In this document: positions 62,819 to 64,000 of the stretch, piece by piece
Layout: each line of letters begins with the position of its first letter
How positions within the stretch are numbered: the first letter of the stretch is position 1
Assembly: GCA_002189035.1 (NCBI GenBank)
Contig: CM007990.1
Span: forward strand, 5,766,001 to 5,830,000
DNA length: 64,000 nucleotides
Origin: Utricularia gibba
Taxonomy: Eukaryota; Plantae; Magnoliophyta
Direction of reading: 5' to 3'
Made by a program: the position numbers and the translations under genes
The notes under the pieces: model-generated
The model's input: the letters and a program-made list of their open reading frames with translations, nothing else
Database searches by the model: none
Told to the model about the DNA's origin: nothing

Positions 62819-64000
62819 ATGAGTTGGAGGTCGAAGTTTCCCCGCCGGGGATGGGCGGAGGAAAAGGCCGAGGCGGTGGAGGGCAACAGTATCAACAAAG
62901 GCCTATTTTCCAGCCGAGGAACCCTACGCAGCAGTATCAACAAAGGTCGAGTTATGAGAACCAGAATCCTACACAACAGTATCAACAAAGGCCGAGTTAT
63001 GAGAACCAGAATCCTACACAGCAGCAGTGGGTACACAGAGGTCAGTTACCTGCAGCCAAGTCTGGCGATGGCGAGGCTGAAATGATGGTTCAATCTGAGG
63101 CAAATGATTCAAGGTGTGTGCACTTTTGTGCTTGGTGGAGACATTTTCGTGTACCACATTTCTGTTTTGCTTCCTTGTTTGTTGAACCCATGAAGGGAAT
63201 TGATTGTATGCCTTTCTTTCTTCTATGTTTCAAGAAAGTAATGGGAAATGTGAATTGGATGAGAAGATTCTAAGATCTGTAAATGATTGTTGCTCTGTTA
63301 TTTTTTATCTCATTCCCTGTCTTTGCTTTTAAATTTTTCCTGGTCATGTATATTTCTTCAAAAGTGCTGTCTTTACTTGGCGATTTCTTTTTCCGTTTTT
63401 GCCAGTTCTCAGGTTCAGAAAGCTCAGTTGAGTTTGCCTCCAAAGGATACACGTTATAGAACTGAGGTTTGGATCTTGTTGATTTATATAGAAATCTTTC
63501 ATCGTTGGTACTCTAGGTTCTAGTTTTTTTGTAAACGTGTATTAACAACTCTACAAAACTAACTAGGTCGGACCAATTTTTGGTGCTAACTGCATGCTTA
63601 AATGTTTACACAGGATGTTACAGCTACGAAGGGAAATGAATTTGAAGATTATTTTCTAAAACGTGAGCTGCTGTTGGGAATATATGAGAAGGGCTTTGAG
63701 AGACCTTCTCCAGTTCAGGAGGAGAGTATTCCGATTGCTCTCACTGGAAGTGATATCTTGGCTAGGGCAAAAAATGGAACAGGAAAAACTGCTGCCTTCT
63801 GCATACCTGTGTTGGAAAAAATTGATCAAGACAAAAAGTCCATTCAAGGTTTGGACCACAAGTTTGTTTAAGATTTAAATGGCTTATTGTTATCTCTTAC
63901 AGTTTTTCATCTATGCAGCTGTTATTCTTGTCCCAACAAGGGAATTGGCTCTACAAACGTCGCAGGTCTGTAAAGAACTTGGGAAAAACTTGAAGATTCA
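62819..64000 (+). CDS. RH6/8/12: DEAD-box RNA helicase, RH6/8/12 (DDX6/Dhh1) type; truncated by the window end; probable 1-nt deletion at 62840-62843
   Basis: [40 protein letters not shown] (Q motif), [10 protein letters not shown], and [15 protein letters not shown]. Confidence 0.95.
62884..63018 (+). repeat. Three 45-nt coding repeats ([14 protein letters not shown]) in the helicase N-terminus
   Basis: CA(A/G)CAGTATCAACAAAGG recurs at 62884, 62929 and 62974. Confidence 0.92.

Noticed and set aside
983-62843. Programmed ribosomal frameshifting as the explanation for the six frame breaks
   Set aside because: There is no shared slippery heptamer or downstream structure, the genes are unrelated, and a one-directional homopolymer loss is the classic sequencing-error pattern.
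1-64000. Prokaryotic-type system (operon, CRISPR array, defence island) or plant biosynthetic gene cluster
   Set aside because: The genes have spliceosomal introns and there is no repeat-spacer array. The enzymes present (P450, LPAT, LOG, PMT, thioesterase, PMM) are scattered among unrelated housekeeping genes with no scaffold-forming enzyme.

Overview
This is plant (eudicot-like) nuclear DNA with GT-AG introns; it is not prokaryotic. The window holds about 27 protein-coding genes and one tRNA-Lys(CUU) in 64 kb (about 1 gene per 2.4 kb), with very short introns and no intact transposon. Gene order: LPAT4/5, MCU, APO4, EUL lectin, CYP72-clan P450, chloroplast HflX, UBC15-18-type E2, LON-N domain protein, VHA-c, PPR (MTL1-like), SEC23, LOG, TRM9, GASA, TFIIS-N domain protein, RPA12, UCP012943-type protein, PLAC8/CNR, RHIP1, MLF-like protein, tRNA-Lys, an HHCC-zinc/FAR1-like protein, QUA3/PMT13, ANL2 (HD-ZIP IV), a hot-dog thioesterase, a bPH_2-type membrane protein, PMM, and a DDX6-type helicase cut by the window end. 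I found no convincing new multi-gene system, and the neighbouring genes are functionally unrelated. The best leads are: (1) a catalytically empty protein joining an integrase-type HHCC zinc motif to a FAR1/WRKY-GCM1-like motif, probably domesticated from transposon parts; (2) a same-strand tRNA wedged between two genes, a candidate for dicistronic transcripts; (3) an HD-ZIP IV gene with both paired upstream HD-ZIP IV binding sites and the 3'UTR stem-loop; (4) six single-base deletions in G/C runs that break otherwise intact genes, most likely assembly errors. All family names come from recalled protein motifs, not database searches. Exon boundaries were read by eye.
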